Position numbers and translations under genes: made by a program. Shown here piece after piece: positions 36,483 through 45,280 of a stretch of DNA of 64,000 nt. Location of the stretch: positions 262,945-326,944 of the forward strand of contig JBAZKQ010000001.1 of NCBI GenBank assembly GCA_041650715.1, read 5' to 3'. The number at the start of each line of letters is the position of its first letter. Position 1 is the stretch's first letter. The notes below the pieces were generated by a model. It saw nothing but the letters and a program-made list of their open reading frames with translations. It was not told where the DNA came from and did no database searches. The DNA comes from Patescibacteria group bacterium (lineage in GTDB: Bacteria; Patescibacteriota; Patescibacteriia; Patescibacteriales; UBA12465).

Positions 36483-38522
36483 ATGAATAAATTTACTGTG
36501 CGCCACAAGCTATTCGTTACCGCTCTAATTCTGTTCGGCTTATGTTTTTTTGCACCGCGCACCCTGCGTGCGGCCACTCTAAAAACGGATTATCCGCGCT
36601 TGGCCAATTATTTCCTGAAATGGGAAATTAGCGACGCCGAAGCGCGTGATTTGGCTAAATGGGATTTATTGGTTCTTGATATGGAAGTGCAGACAAATAG
36701 CCGCGCGCAACTTCTAAAAATTAGAGAATTAAATCCCGATATCGTCATTTTGGCTTATGTTAATTCTGTTGAGCAAGTTGATAATGCCAATGACTATAAT
36801 TATGCCGACATGCGCCAACAGTTGGCGAGCCAGATTAATTCCACCTGGTGGCTAAAAGATGCGAGCGGACGAAAGATTTCTTATTGGCCGAATAACTCGA
36901 TGCTTAATCTGACCGACCTTGCCCCTGTAGATAATAGTGGTCGACGTTTCAATGATTATTTGCCAAGTTTTGTGGTAAGCGAGCTAAAGGCCAGCGGTCT
37001 GTGGGATGGAGTTTATTATGATAATACTTGGGGAGATATCTCCTGGCTTAATAGCGGCAATATTGATACTAATAATGACGGTGTCCGTGACCAAGGGGCA
37101 AGCGCCGATGCCGCCTGGGCAGCGGGTTTTAAAAAAGTTTTAGTGAAAACTCGAGAACTTGCCGGTAATGATTTTATCATTGTCGGTAACGGCCGCGTTT
37201 ATGCCGGTTATCAAGGCCTTCTGAACGGCTCCATGCTGGAAAGCTTTCCCTCGGACTGGGAAAATGGCGGCACCTGGACCGGTTCGATGAAATCATATTT
37301 AAATTTACCGGCGCAGAACCTAAGTCCTAATTTTTCAATTCTCAATGTTTCCGATAAAGATAAGTCTGATTATCAGCATTTGCGGTTCGGCTTGACCAGC
37401 GCCCTAATGGGGAACGGTTTTTTTAGCTTCGATTATGATGTTAGTAATCATGGCCAGACTTGGTGGTATGACGAATATGAGGTTTCTTTAGGTTCGCCGC
37501 AATCAGCCGCTTATAATCTTTTGGCCAATCGCAGTACTAATTTACAACCTGGGCTCTGGCGCCGCGATTTTAAAAATGCGACCGCGATCGTAAATTCAAC
37601 CGCCAAAGAGCAGCTCTTTGTTTTTAGCAAAGAAGAAATGGAAAAAATAAAAGGCTTGCAGGATCCAGCTTTTAATAATGGCGATAAAATTAGTTATTTA
37701 AAATTGGCGCCTTCCGATGGGATAATTCTACTCCGGCATAATGTGGCCATTACCGACTCGGCTTTTACTAATGGTTTTTTCTATCGTATCTATAATTTTC
37801 AGGGGGAACAAGCGAGAAACGGCTTCTTTTCTTATCTAAATAGTTTTCCCGGCGAACAGGAGGTTATCGTTGCGAAGCAAGAACTAACAACCCAGGATCT
37901 AAATTTGTCGGCGGGATTTGGCCGGGTTGATTTACAAAAAGATGGTACTAAATTAGCCTCCTTTTTTCCTTACACAAAAAACTACACGGGGCGTCTTAAT
38001 TTAGCGGCGAGTCTTAGTAACGGTTCTTTCCAGCAAATAATTACTGGTCCGACCAGCGGGGGACCGCAAGTTTTAATTTTTCAAGCGAATGGCAAGTTGG
38101 CCGGTAATTTTTTTGCCTATGATAAAAATTCTCGCACCGGGGTTAATGTAGCAATCGGTGACGTTAACAGTGATGGTCAGAATGAAATTGTCACCGGCCC
38201 GGGCGCCGGCCTGGAACCCTTGGTTAAAATTTTTTCGCTCCGCGGCGTGCTGCTTAATAGTTTTCTGGCTTACGGTAAAAGCTTTAAAGGTGGCGTCGGC
38301 GTGGCGATCGGTGACGTTAACGGCGATGGCCAGAATGAAATTATCACCGGCCCGGGCGCCGGTGGCGGTCCGCAAGTCCGAGTATTTAATTATGCCGGTC
38401 AAGCCCTAAAAAGCTTTTTCGCCTACGATGCCAGTTATCATGGTGGCATAAAGGTTGGAGCCAGTGATATTAATGATGACGGTCAGGCGGAGATTCTGGT
38501 TGGTATTAAGAATTTTTATTAA
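36483..38522 (+). CDS. secreted protein with an N-terminal glycoside-hydrolase-like TIM-barrel-type domain and C-terminal FG-GAP/VCBS repeats
   Basis: Signal peptide. The N-terminal half is paralogous to ORF 58792..59970 (WDLLVLDME/YDIIVLHNE, WWLKDASGRKISYW/WWLKQPNGDKVSFW, YYDNTWGDISW/EDDNAWPNIFW). The C-terminus has 3-4 repeats with IGDVN(S/G)DGQNEI(V/I)TGPGAG. Confidence 0.55.
   Translation: MNKFTVRHKLFVTALILFGLCFFAPRTLRAATLKTDYPRLANYFLKWEISDAEARDLAKWDLLVLDMEVQTNSRAQLLKIRELNPDIVILAYVNSVEQVDNANDYNYADMRQQLASQINSTWWLKDASGRKISYWPNNSMLNLTDLAPVDNSGRRFNDYLPSFVVSELKASGLWDGVYYDNTWGDISWLNSGNIDTNNDGVRDQGASADAAWAAGFKKVLVKTRELAGNDFIIVGNGRVYAGYQGLLNGSMLESFPSDWENGGTWTGSMKSYLNLPAQNLSPNFSILNVSDKDKSDYQHLRFGLTSALMGNGFFSFDYDVSNHGQTWWYDEYEVSLGSPQSAAYNLLANRSTNLQPGLWRRDFKNATAIVNSTAKEQLFVFSKEEMEKIKGLQDPAFNNGDKISYLKLAPSDGIILLRHNVAITDSAFTNGFFYRIYNFQGEQARNGFFSYLNSFPGEQEVIVAKQELTTQDLNLSAGFGRVDLQKDGTKLASFFPYTKNYTGRLNLAASLSNGSFQQIITGPTSGGPQVLIFQANGKLAGNFFAYDKNSRTGVNVAIGDVNSDGQNEIVTGPGAGLEPLVKIFSLRGVLLNSFLAYGKSFKGGVGVAIGDVNGDGQNEIITGPGAGGGPQVRVFNYAGQALKSFFAYDASYHGGIKVGASDINDDGQAEILVGIKNFY
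38151..38373 (+). repeat. DNA-level tandem repeat (153-nt period) encoding FG-GAP repeats
   Basis: 38151-38220 and 38304-38373 are near-identical (gcRatcggtgacgttaac...cagaatgaaattRtcaccggcccgggcgccgg). Confidence 0.8.
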
Positions 38523-38529
38523 TAAATAT

Positions 38530-39600
38530 ATGTTTAAATTTATCAGAGATCATTGGGAAACCAGACGCGAGCGTTTCTATCGAAAAAATCGCTGGCACTT
38601 AATTCTGGATTTTTCTTTGGGCATTATCGTTATCCTCATGGCAGCTGCATTCATTACTTTACATTATTACCAGCCCAGTATTAATTGGTTTTATCGACCG
38701 ACTAAAATTGACAAACCGTCACTTGATTTAAATAATCCGCCGATAAATCTTAGTTATTCACTTGAAAGCAGCGCTATTCGGCTAGCCGATGGGGCCGTTT
38801 TAAAAGTAAAAATATTAAACGATGGTCAAGCACCGATTGAAAATCTAAAAACCACTTTTTTGACGCTTGATAAAAGTTTTAGTATTGAAAAAATTACCGT
38901 GCTTGACGATTCCAATCCTAATCCCGAAGCCAGTGTAACTAATCGCCAGCTTAATTTTGGTAGTCTTGGTGCTGGTGAGTCGCGGCTTGTAAATTTAAAG
39001 ATTATTTTTAGCGCTGCGCCGGGAGCGGATAGAGTTTTAAATTGGCAGGCGCAAAGCGAATACTCAGCACAGGGGCAAACCCTAAAGGAGACTCAGACCT
39101 TGCCCAGTATAACTTTGGCCGCCGAGATGGTCGCTAAGGCTTATGTCTATTATAATAGTCCGCAGGGAGATCAATTGGGTAGCGGGCCGTTACCGCCTCT
39201 TGTTGGTCTGCCGACGAATTACTGGGTTTTCTTTGAAAGCCAAAGTGCCGGCAGTTTTAAAGATTTTGTTTTTAGCGCTAAATTAGCCCCTAATGTGGAG
39301 ATGACCGGTAATCGCTCGGTACTCTCTGGTGACTTAAAGTATAACGCCGCCACACGGCAAATAATTTGGACAGTTCCGGAAATTAAAAATCAGAGTGATA
39401 GCTATCGCGCGGGCTTTGAAGTGCAGTTTACGCCAGCCGCCACCCAGGCAGATAAGGTGGCCACGCTCCTCAGCAATATTAAATATTATGCTATCGATTC
39501 GCTGGTTAATCAGGAGGATTCCGGTGTTTTAAATGATCTGACCAGCAATTTAGATTTTGATCACATGAATAAAGGCGAGGGCAAGATAGGCCGGCCTTAA
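38530..39600 (+). CDS. membrane-anchored extracellular protein, unknown function
   Basis: I moved the track ORF start to ATG 38530, after the stop of the upstream gene. One N-terminal TM helix, then a beta-rich sequence. Confidence 0.5.
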   Translation: MFKFIRDHWETRRERFYRKNRWHLILDFSLGIIVILMAAAFITLHYYQPSINWFYRPTKIDKPSLDLNNPPINLSYSLESSAIRLADGAVLKVKILNDGQAPIENLKTTFLTLDKSFSIEKITVLDDSNPNPEASVTNRQLNFGSLGAGESRLVNLKIIFSAAPGADRVLNWQAQSEYSAQGQTLKETQTLPSITLAAEMVAKAYVYYNSPQGDQLGSGPLPPLVGLPTNYWVFFESQSAGSFKDFVFSAKLAPNVEMTGNRSVLSGDLKYNAATRQIIWTVPEIKNQSDSYRAGFEVQFTPAATQADKVATLLSNIKYYAIDSLVNQEDSGVLNDLTSNLDFDHMNKGEGKIGRP

Positions 39601-39609
39601 TTTAAATAT

Positions 39610-40764
39610 ATGATAAACTTTTTTCGCCAAATTCTTAAACCGAAATACGAGACCCTGAATAAAATTGAAATTGACGCTAAAAAAATTATTGCCAATTATA
39701 ATTATTTAAAATCTCGGCAGGGAAGTGCGGAGATTTTTCCCGTTTTAAAATCAAATGCCTATGGCCACGGACTGAAAGAGATGTGTGAAATTCTTAATGA
39801 AACTTCGGCGCCGCTGGTGATTGTTGATTCCTTCCCGGAGGCTCAGATTGCTTGGCGTTATTTTAAAGGCAAGGTTTTACTACTTGGCGAAATGCCTCTG
39901 AAGGCTTATTCCTACTGTGATTTTAAACGGACCGAATTTGTCGTTTATAATAGCGAAACTTTACGTTATCTGGCGCGTTACCGAAAAAAGGCACAAGTTC
40001 ATCTTTTTGTAAATTCGGGCATGAACCGCGAAGGTATTAAAAACCTGGCGGAGTTTATCGATGTAAATAAAAAATATTTAGATCGGGTTGAAGTCTCGGG
40101 CCTGTGCTCACACTTGGCCTCGGCCGAGGAACGTTCAATTTTAAATCAAACGCAGGAAGCGGAATTTATAAGTGCTCTGGATGTTTTAAGAGCGGCCGGA
40201 TATTTTCCGCGCTGGGTTCACTTGGGAAATTCAGCCGGGGTGATGACCTTGCGCAATAAGCTTTTAACAGCTTTCCGTCCGGGCCTTGCCCTTTATGGCT
40301 ATAGCCCCTTTTCTGATTCCGATGATACCGAGTTTGAAGCCGATTCCGAATTGCAACCAGCTTTAGAGCTGACCTCTCGCCTGGTTTCAATCCAGAGATT
40401 ACTGCCGGGTGAATCAGTCTCCTATAATGAAAGTTTCAGGGCCGCACAAGAGACGAATATTGGTGTTATTCCTTTCGGCTATTTTGAGGGACTGGATAGG
40501 CGTCTCTCCAATTTAGCACAATTCCAAGTTTTAGCGGCCGAGAATGCGTTTTGGGCACCGATAGCGGGCCGTGTCTGTATGAATTTAAGTTGTCTTGATC
40601 TTGGGGCCAATCGGGCGCAAAAAGGGGATTTAGTCGTTATTATTTCCAGCAATAAGGAGGATAGAAACTCGGTTTTAGCATTATCCCACGATATGAAGAC
40701 TATTCCGTATGAATTTCTGGTGCGCCTACAAGCCAACATTAGACGGGAAATAATTTGGTTCTGA
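39610..40764 (+). CDS. alr: alanine racemase
   Basis: The PLP lysine motif PVLKSNAYGHG and the overall length and architecture. Confidence 0.9.
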   Translation: MINFFRQILKPKYETLNKIEIDAKKIIANYNYLKSRQGSAEIFPVLKSNAYGHGLKEMCEILNETSAPLVIVDSFPEAQIAWRYFKGKVLLLGEMPLKAYSYCDFKRTEFVVYNSETLRYLARYRKKAQVHLFVNSGMNREGIKNLAEFIDVNKKYLDRVEVSGLCSHLASAEERSILNQTQEAEFISALDVLRAAGYFPRWVHLGNSAGVMTLRNKLLTAFRPGLALYGYSPFSDSDDTEFEADSELQPALELTSRLVSIQRLLPGESVSYNESFRAAQETNIGVIPFGYFEGLDRRLSNLAQFQVLAAENAFWAPIAGRVCMNLSCLDLGANRAQKGDLVVIISSNKEDRNSVLALSHDMKTIPYEFLVRLQANIRREIIWF

Positions 40765-40779
40765 TATATAATTTAAATT

Positions 40780-41628
40780 ATGTCAAGAGAAGGGAAATAT
40801 CGCCGTAAAATTAAAAAGGACTATCAATGCAAAAATTTGCATAATCCTTTTTTTCATAAACCAAAAAAGAAAAAAAGTAAGCGCTGGATAGTTTTGTTGT
40901 TTGCAGCTGCCGGAATTTTTTCAATTTTTCTGGTTTGGTTTTTTTTGGCAGCGCCTTTATGGCGAATTGATAATATTAAGGTTGAGGGTCTAACTCGGAT
41001 AGCTGACACTGAGATAAAGCAAAAGGTTTGGCAACAAAGCAGTGAGTCCCGCTATTTAATCTTTAAACAGAATAATATCTGGTTGTTTGATAAGAGCGAA
41101 CTTGAAGAAAGTATCCTGTCATCCTATAATTTAGCCTCCCTTGAGGTCATTAAGCACCCGGCCCGGACTTTAGTTATAAAGGTCGGAGAACGGCCTTATT
41201 CTTTCATTTTTCAGCAGGGAAATGACTATTATTACTCCGCCGCTGATGGCTATATTATTCCAGAGTCGGTGGTTAGCGAGGAGGATAAGAGCAAGTATTT
41301 AATCCTGGAAAATAAAAATGCTAATAGTTTAATTGACACTGAAAATAAAATTAGCATTTCCGAGGCTTATCTCAACTTTATTATGAAATTGGCCAATAGT
41401 CTTAGCGTCCATTCGGAATTGTCGGTCGACCGTTTTATTATCGATCAGGAATTTAACACGCTAAAGGTAAAATTTAGGGACGGTCCCCTGGTCTACTTTA
41501 ATATTAAAAATGAGGCCGGGGAACAGGTAGATCGGCTTATCCTTGTCAAAAAAGAGAAAATAAAGGATAATTTTAGTAAGACCAACTATATCGACCTGCG
41601 TTACGGCGACCGTATCTTCATTAATTAA
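40780..41628 (+). CDS. FtsQ-like cell division protein (POTRA domain)
   Basis: Basic N-terminus, one TM helix, then WRIDNIKVEGLTRIADTEIKQKV, typical of FtsQ/DivIB POTRA. Confidence 0.55.
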   Translation: MSREGKYRRKIKKDYQCKNLHNPFFHKPKKKKSKRWIVLLFAAAGIFSIFLVWFFLAAPLWRIDNIKVEGLTRIADTEIKQKVWQQSSESRYLIFKQNNIWLFDKSELEESILSSYNLASLEVIKHPARTLVIKVGERPYSFIFQQGNDYYYSAADGYIIPESVVSEEDKSKYLILENKNANSLIDTENKISISEAYLNFIMKLANSLSVHSELSVDRFIIDQEFNTLKVKFRDGPLVYFNIKNEAGEQVDRLILVKKEKIKDNFSKTNYIDLRYGDRIFIN

Positions 41629-41638
41629 TTTTAAAAAT

Positions 41639-41788
41639 ATGGAAGGAGCTTTTAAAACATTTTTTACAATTGCCGTTATTATTTTTTGTTTAGTCGTAAT
41701 CGGTATATTTCTGATTATTGTAAAAGTTATTTTATTATTCCAACCGGAAGTGCATCTCATGGGTTTGGCAATTAACATGTTGAATTGA
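41639..41788 (+). CDS. possible 49-aa single-TM small protein
   Basis: My hand translation is MEGAFKTFFTIAVIIFCLVVIGIFLIIVKVILLFQPEVHLMGLAINMLN. It starts 10 nt after the ftsQ-like gene and precedes a terminator. Confidence 0.3.
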   Translation: MEGAFKTFFTIAVIIFCLVVIGIFLIIVKVILLFQPEVHLMGLAINMLN

Positions 41789-41822
41789 TAATTCGAAGAA
41801 TTACAGGAGTAGGCTTAATATA

Positions 41823-41849
41823 GGGTGGCTTAAAGCCCCCCTTTATTTT
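41823..41849 (+). terminator. weak intrinsic terminator
   Basis: GGGTGGC-TTAAA-GCCCCCC (one mismatch) followed by TTTATTTT. Confidence 0.4.
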
Positions 41850-42024
41850 AGGGCTTAAAGGGTGTATTAATATACATTATGCGAAGTATCAAGTAGGCAA
41901 AATGCCCAGTAATTTAACGTTTTTGTGGCCCATCCCTCCTCTTTTATTAATATTTTTCTTCTCGCCCAGAAGCCTCTTGTATAAACTAAATATTGATTAT
42001 TTATTTAATTACTACTTTTTATAA

Positions 42025-42053
42025 ATAAAAAAGGAGATTTATTAAATCTCCTT
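42025..42053 (-). terminator. terminator after the plsC-like gene
   Basis: Perfect 10-bp stem AAGGAGATTT-ATT-AAATCTCCTT. The minus strand then continues into a U-run. Confidence 0.7.
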
Positions 42054-42070
42054 AATGCTTAGCTTTAAGC

Positions 42071-42829
42071 TTAAATGCTTATTAGCTCTTTCTCCGTCTC
42101 TACCTGATTGGTCGAGTCGGCCAGGTCTAATAGTGCTTGGGCGATGGCTTCAGTTCCCTTTTTGGCGTCTTCATTATTTGCATAATCACCGGAAATTTTA
42201 ATGGTCGGTCCGATATAGATATCAGTTCGTTTCCAAAATTTTGGCCATACGTTTCCTACAGGCATAGCTTTATCAGCGCCGCTTACCCAGACAATCATAA
42301 TGGGCGAATCGGTTTCCATGGCTAATTTTGCCGTGCCTTCTTTAAGAGGGCGTAAACGATGATTTTTTAGAGATTTTAACCAACTACTGGTGGTATTGGT
42401 TGCTGTCCGGCCACCTTCGGGAAAAATAATCACTATCTTCCCTTTTCTTAAAATTTCTTTAATCTTGATAATCGCCTTTTTTACTATTTCCGGTTTTTTA
42501 CGCGGAATAAAAATAAAACGTTCCTTCACGATTTCCCAATACCATTTATTATAATTATCCAGGTCAGGGGTGCTATAAGGAACGAATTTGAAAGGCAAGA
42601 TTAGGGTTTGCGGGAAAAACAGATAATTTAGCAGTACCGGTTCCCATTGCGAAGGGTGGTTGGAGACGATAATTAAGCGCTTGGGCCAAAAGTTTATGGC
42701 TTGCCAGTTATGAACTCTCACAAATCCGAGCAAAATAAAGAGGTAGAAGAGCGGAGCCGAGGCCAACCAAAGGGGATAAGCTACGAGCCAAAGCAGCAAA
42801 ATAGCTTTTAATTTTGCTAACTTTTTCAT
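42071..42829 (-). CDS. plsC: 1-acyl-sn-glycerol-3-phosphate (lysophospholipid) acyltransferase family protein
   Basis: VSNHPSQWEP (HX4-acidic block) and IIFPEGGRT block. N-terminal TM helices. Confidence 0.8.
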   Translation of the reverse strand: MKKLAKLKAILLLWLVAYPLWLASAPLFYLFILLGFVRVHNWQAINFWPKRLIIVSNHPSQWEPVLLNYLFFPQTLILPFKFVPYSTPDLDNYNKWYWEIVKERFIFIPRKKPEIVKKAIIKIKEILRKGKIVIIFPEGGRTATNTTSSWLKSLKNHRLRPLKEGTAKLAMETDSPIMIVWVSGADKAMPVGNVWPKFWKRTDIYIGPTIKISGDYANNEDAKKGTEAIAQALLDLADSTNQVETEKELISI

Positions 42830-42856
42830 GTTTTAGTTTTTTTTGTTTATTTTAAA

Positions 42857-42879
42857 TGTTCTATATTAAGTATAGAACA
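42857..42879. repeat. perfect 9-5-9 inverted repeat upstream of the xer gene
   Basis: TGTTCTATA-ttaag-TATAGAACA. Confidence 0.6.
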
Positions 42880-42970
42880 GGCTAAATATTTTGACCATGT
42901 TTGCTTCGGTTGTTTCTTATCTGCAGGCCGAGACCACACTTCCCTGTTTTATGCTATAATTTAATTAGTT

Positions 42971-43927
42971 ATGGATAAAAATAAAACAATAATTAAATAT
43001 TTAGTCGATTTTTTAGATTTTTCTGAGATTGAAAAGGGCCTGTCTTCAAAGACACAGGAAAACTATACTCGGTTTTTACGGAAGTTTTTTGGTTGGCTTA
43101 AAGAGGCTAAATTAGAGGGTCTAATTCCGTCTAAATTGACGCCGGAGCATATTTGGCAGTATAAGGTTTATTTATCGCGCCACGTGGACCCGAGGACCCG
43201 TAAAACGCTTAAAAAGACCACCCAGAACTACTATTTGATTGCTTTGCGCTCGCTTTTGGAGTTTTTTGTGGAGAAAGATATTGCTTCCCTGCCGCCCTCA
43301 AAAGTTAAGCTGGCCAAGGATAAAGCGGATAAGGAAATTAAGTTTTTAACGCTTGAACAATTAGCCCGTCTATTAGAGGCACCGACTACCGCGACGATTA
43401 TCGGTCTGCGCGACCGCGCGTTACTTGAAACACTTTTTTCTACCGGCTTGCGTGTGGCGGAACTCGCCGCTTTAAATCGCGATCAATTACGGATTAAGGA
43501 CGAGACGCATGATCTGGAAATTGCCGTGGTCGGTAAAGGCAGCAAAATTCGAACAGTTTATTTTTCCGAGCGTGCGATCAAAGCCTTAAGGTTTTATTTA
43601 GGAGAGCGCAAAGATATGGATGATGCCCTTTTTATTAATTATAAACGCGGTGGTGCCAAAACAAATGCGACGCGTCGGCTGACCGTTAAAAGTATCGAAG
43701 ACATCGTTAAAAAATATGTCATTATCGCCGGCCTCCCGGTTATGGCCACGCCTCATACCTTACGCCACTCCTTTGCTACCGACCTCTTGAATCAGGGGGT
43801 GGATTTAAGAACTGTGCAGGAATTTTTAGGTCATAGCAATATTGCCACCACGCAAATTTATACGCACGTGACTAATAAGCAATTACGCGACATTCACCGG
43901 AAGGTGCATGATAATCGGAATTTTTAA
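42971..43927 (+). CDS. tyrosine recombinase XerC/XerD family
   Basis: GLRVAEL, HTLRHSFATDLL and LGHSNIATTQIYTHV give the R-H-R-Y catalytic signature. Confidence 0.9.
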   Translation: MDKNKTIIKYLVDFLDFSEIEKGLSSKTQENYTRFLRKFFGWLKEAKLEGLIPSKLTPEHIWQYKVYLSRHVDPRTRKTLKKTTQNYYLIALRSLLEFFVEKDIASLPPSKVKLAKDKADKEIKFLTLEQLARLLEAPTTATIIGLRDRALLETLFSTGLRVAELAALNRDQLRIKDETHDLEIAVVGKGSKIRTVYFSERAIKALRFYLGERKDMDDALFINYKRGGAKTNATRRLTVKSIEDIVKKYVIIAGLPVMATPHTLRHSFATDLLNQGVDLRTVQEFLGHSNIATTQIYTHVTNKQLRDIHRKVHDNRNF

Positions 43928-43957
43928 AAAAAGCTCGGATTTACTTCCGAGCTTTTT
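43928..43957. terminator. bidirectional intrinsic terminator
   Basis: AAGCTCGGA-TTTACT-TCCGAGCTT flanked by A and T runs, between convergent genes. Confidence 0.7.
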
Positions 43958-43976
43958 GTATTTGCTAATTGTATAT

Positions 43977-45227
43977 TTATGGTAAATAATTTTCGGGATT
44001 AACTGGTAAGCCGTCCTTACGAACCTCGAAATGGAGATGAGGGCCGGTTGTGAAGGGGCCGGCGCCAATACTGCCCGGAGTTGCTCCGGAACGGCCGATT
44101 GCTTGGCCCTGTGTAACGTATTGATCGACACTGACAAAAGCAGCCGATACATGGCCATAAACTGTAGAGAGGCCATCGCCGTGGATAATCATGATATAGG
44201 CGTAATTTTTGCTGCCATCAAATTTTACCTTCGCCACGTAGCCATCAGCGGCAGCGACAATAGTTGTTCCCTGTTTGGCGCGGATATCGATGGCCGGATG
44301 TTCGCCAATTATTTTGCGGTAGGGATAATCAGGGTCATGAAAGCTCGTGGTTATATAATTTTTCGGAACCGGCCAGACAATGGTGTTATTGCCATTATTG
44401 AGTTTTTGCTGATCTTTTTGGGACATTTTCTGGCGAATCAGGCGCTCGGCGCTGGCAATCTCGGCCGCGGCTTGGTCCTGCTCGCGCTTAGTCTGCAATA
44501 ATAAATCGCGGAAGGCTTTTTCCGATAACTTAGTTTCCGTTAAAATATTTGTTTTACTTTCTTGCTCATAGACGAGGCCTTCTTTCTTGTCTTCTAATTT
44601 TGTTTTAAGAGTCGAAAGCTCGGTATTTTTTTCGCTCAGAGTCGCCTTGTTTGCGTCCAGGCGCTCCTTGTCACTTCTTAAATCTGCGACACTGGTGCCA
44701 ATTTCTTTGTTCGTATCTTCTAAGTATTTAGCTTGATTAAGAAATTCCGCCAAAGAATTGTTTAGTAATAGCATTTCCAGAGTAGAAACTTGATCTTGCT
44801 TATAAACAAGGCGCAGTAGATTTTCAATATGAGTTTTTTGTTCCTCGATTTGCTTATCAAGGCTGGCGCTATCAATTTCTATTTTCTGAATTTCCAAATT
44901 AGTCTTTTCCATTTCTAAACTGGTCGATTCAATATCCAATTGGGATTTTTGTAAATGTGTTTCCAAAAGTGATAGCTGGTTGGCTAAGTTAATCTGGTCT
45001 TTTTGCGCGGCGTTAATGCGACTTTGGTATTCCTGCTGCTTAGTCGCTAAATCATCAATTTGCTGTTTCTGTTTTTGGATTTTTAGGTTAAGAGCGTCGA
45101 TTTCCGCATCGATGGACCCGGTTTGGCTAAAAACAAAAGGAGCCGCGCTGAGAAAACCGGCAAAAATTAAAAATAAAATCGTTATTTTTAGTCCTTTATG
45201 CTTGATTTTTAGTGAGTGTTTATTCAT
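43977..45227 (-). CDS. M23 family metallopeptidase with an N-terminal coiled coil (EnvC-like)
   Basis: Signal/TM segment, a long Q/E/K-rich coiled coil, then HPAIDI and GPHLHFEV M23 motifs. Confidence 0.88.
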   Translation of the reverse strand: MNKHSLKIKHKGLKITILFLIFAGFLSAAPFVFSQTGSIDAEIDALNLKIQKQKQQIDDLATKQQEYQSRINAAQKDQINLANQLSLLETHLQKSQLDIESTSLEMEKTNLEIQKIEIDSASLDKQIEEQKTHIENLLRLVYKQDQVSTLEMLLLNNSLAEFLNQAKYLEDTNKEIGTSVADLRSDKERLDANKATLSEKNTELSTLKTKLEDKKEGLVYEQESKTNILTETKLSEKAFRDLLLQTKREQDQAAAEIASAERLIRQKMSQKDQQKLNNGNNTIVWPVPKNYITTSFHDPDYPYRKIIGEHPAIDIRAKQGTTIVAAADGYVAKVKFDGSKNYAYIMIIHGDGLSTVYGHVSAAFVSVDQYVTQGQAIGRSGATPGSIGAGPFTTGPHLHFEVRKDGLPVNPENYLP

Positions 45228-45235
45228 TCCTTAGT

Positions 45236-45244
45236 ATTATAACA
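45236..45244 (-). promoter_or_regulatory. extended -10 promoter giving a near-leaderless M23 peptidase mRNA
   Basis: On the minus strand, TGtTATAAT ends only 8 nt before ATG 45227. Confidence 0.4.
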
Positions 45245-45280
45245 TTTTTTAAAGCTTCTGTAAATATCAGAAATGGCTAA

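Noticed and set aside
38073-38409. ORF-track ORFs 38073..38402 (-) and 38158..38409 (+) show internally repeated peptide sequences.
   Set aside because: They lie entirely inside the FG-GAP repeat region of the 36483..38522 gene. Their repetitiveness only mirrors the 153-nt coding repeat in alternative frames.
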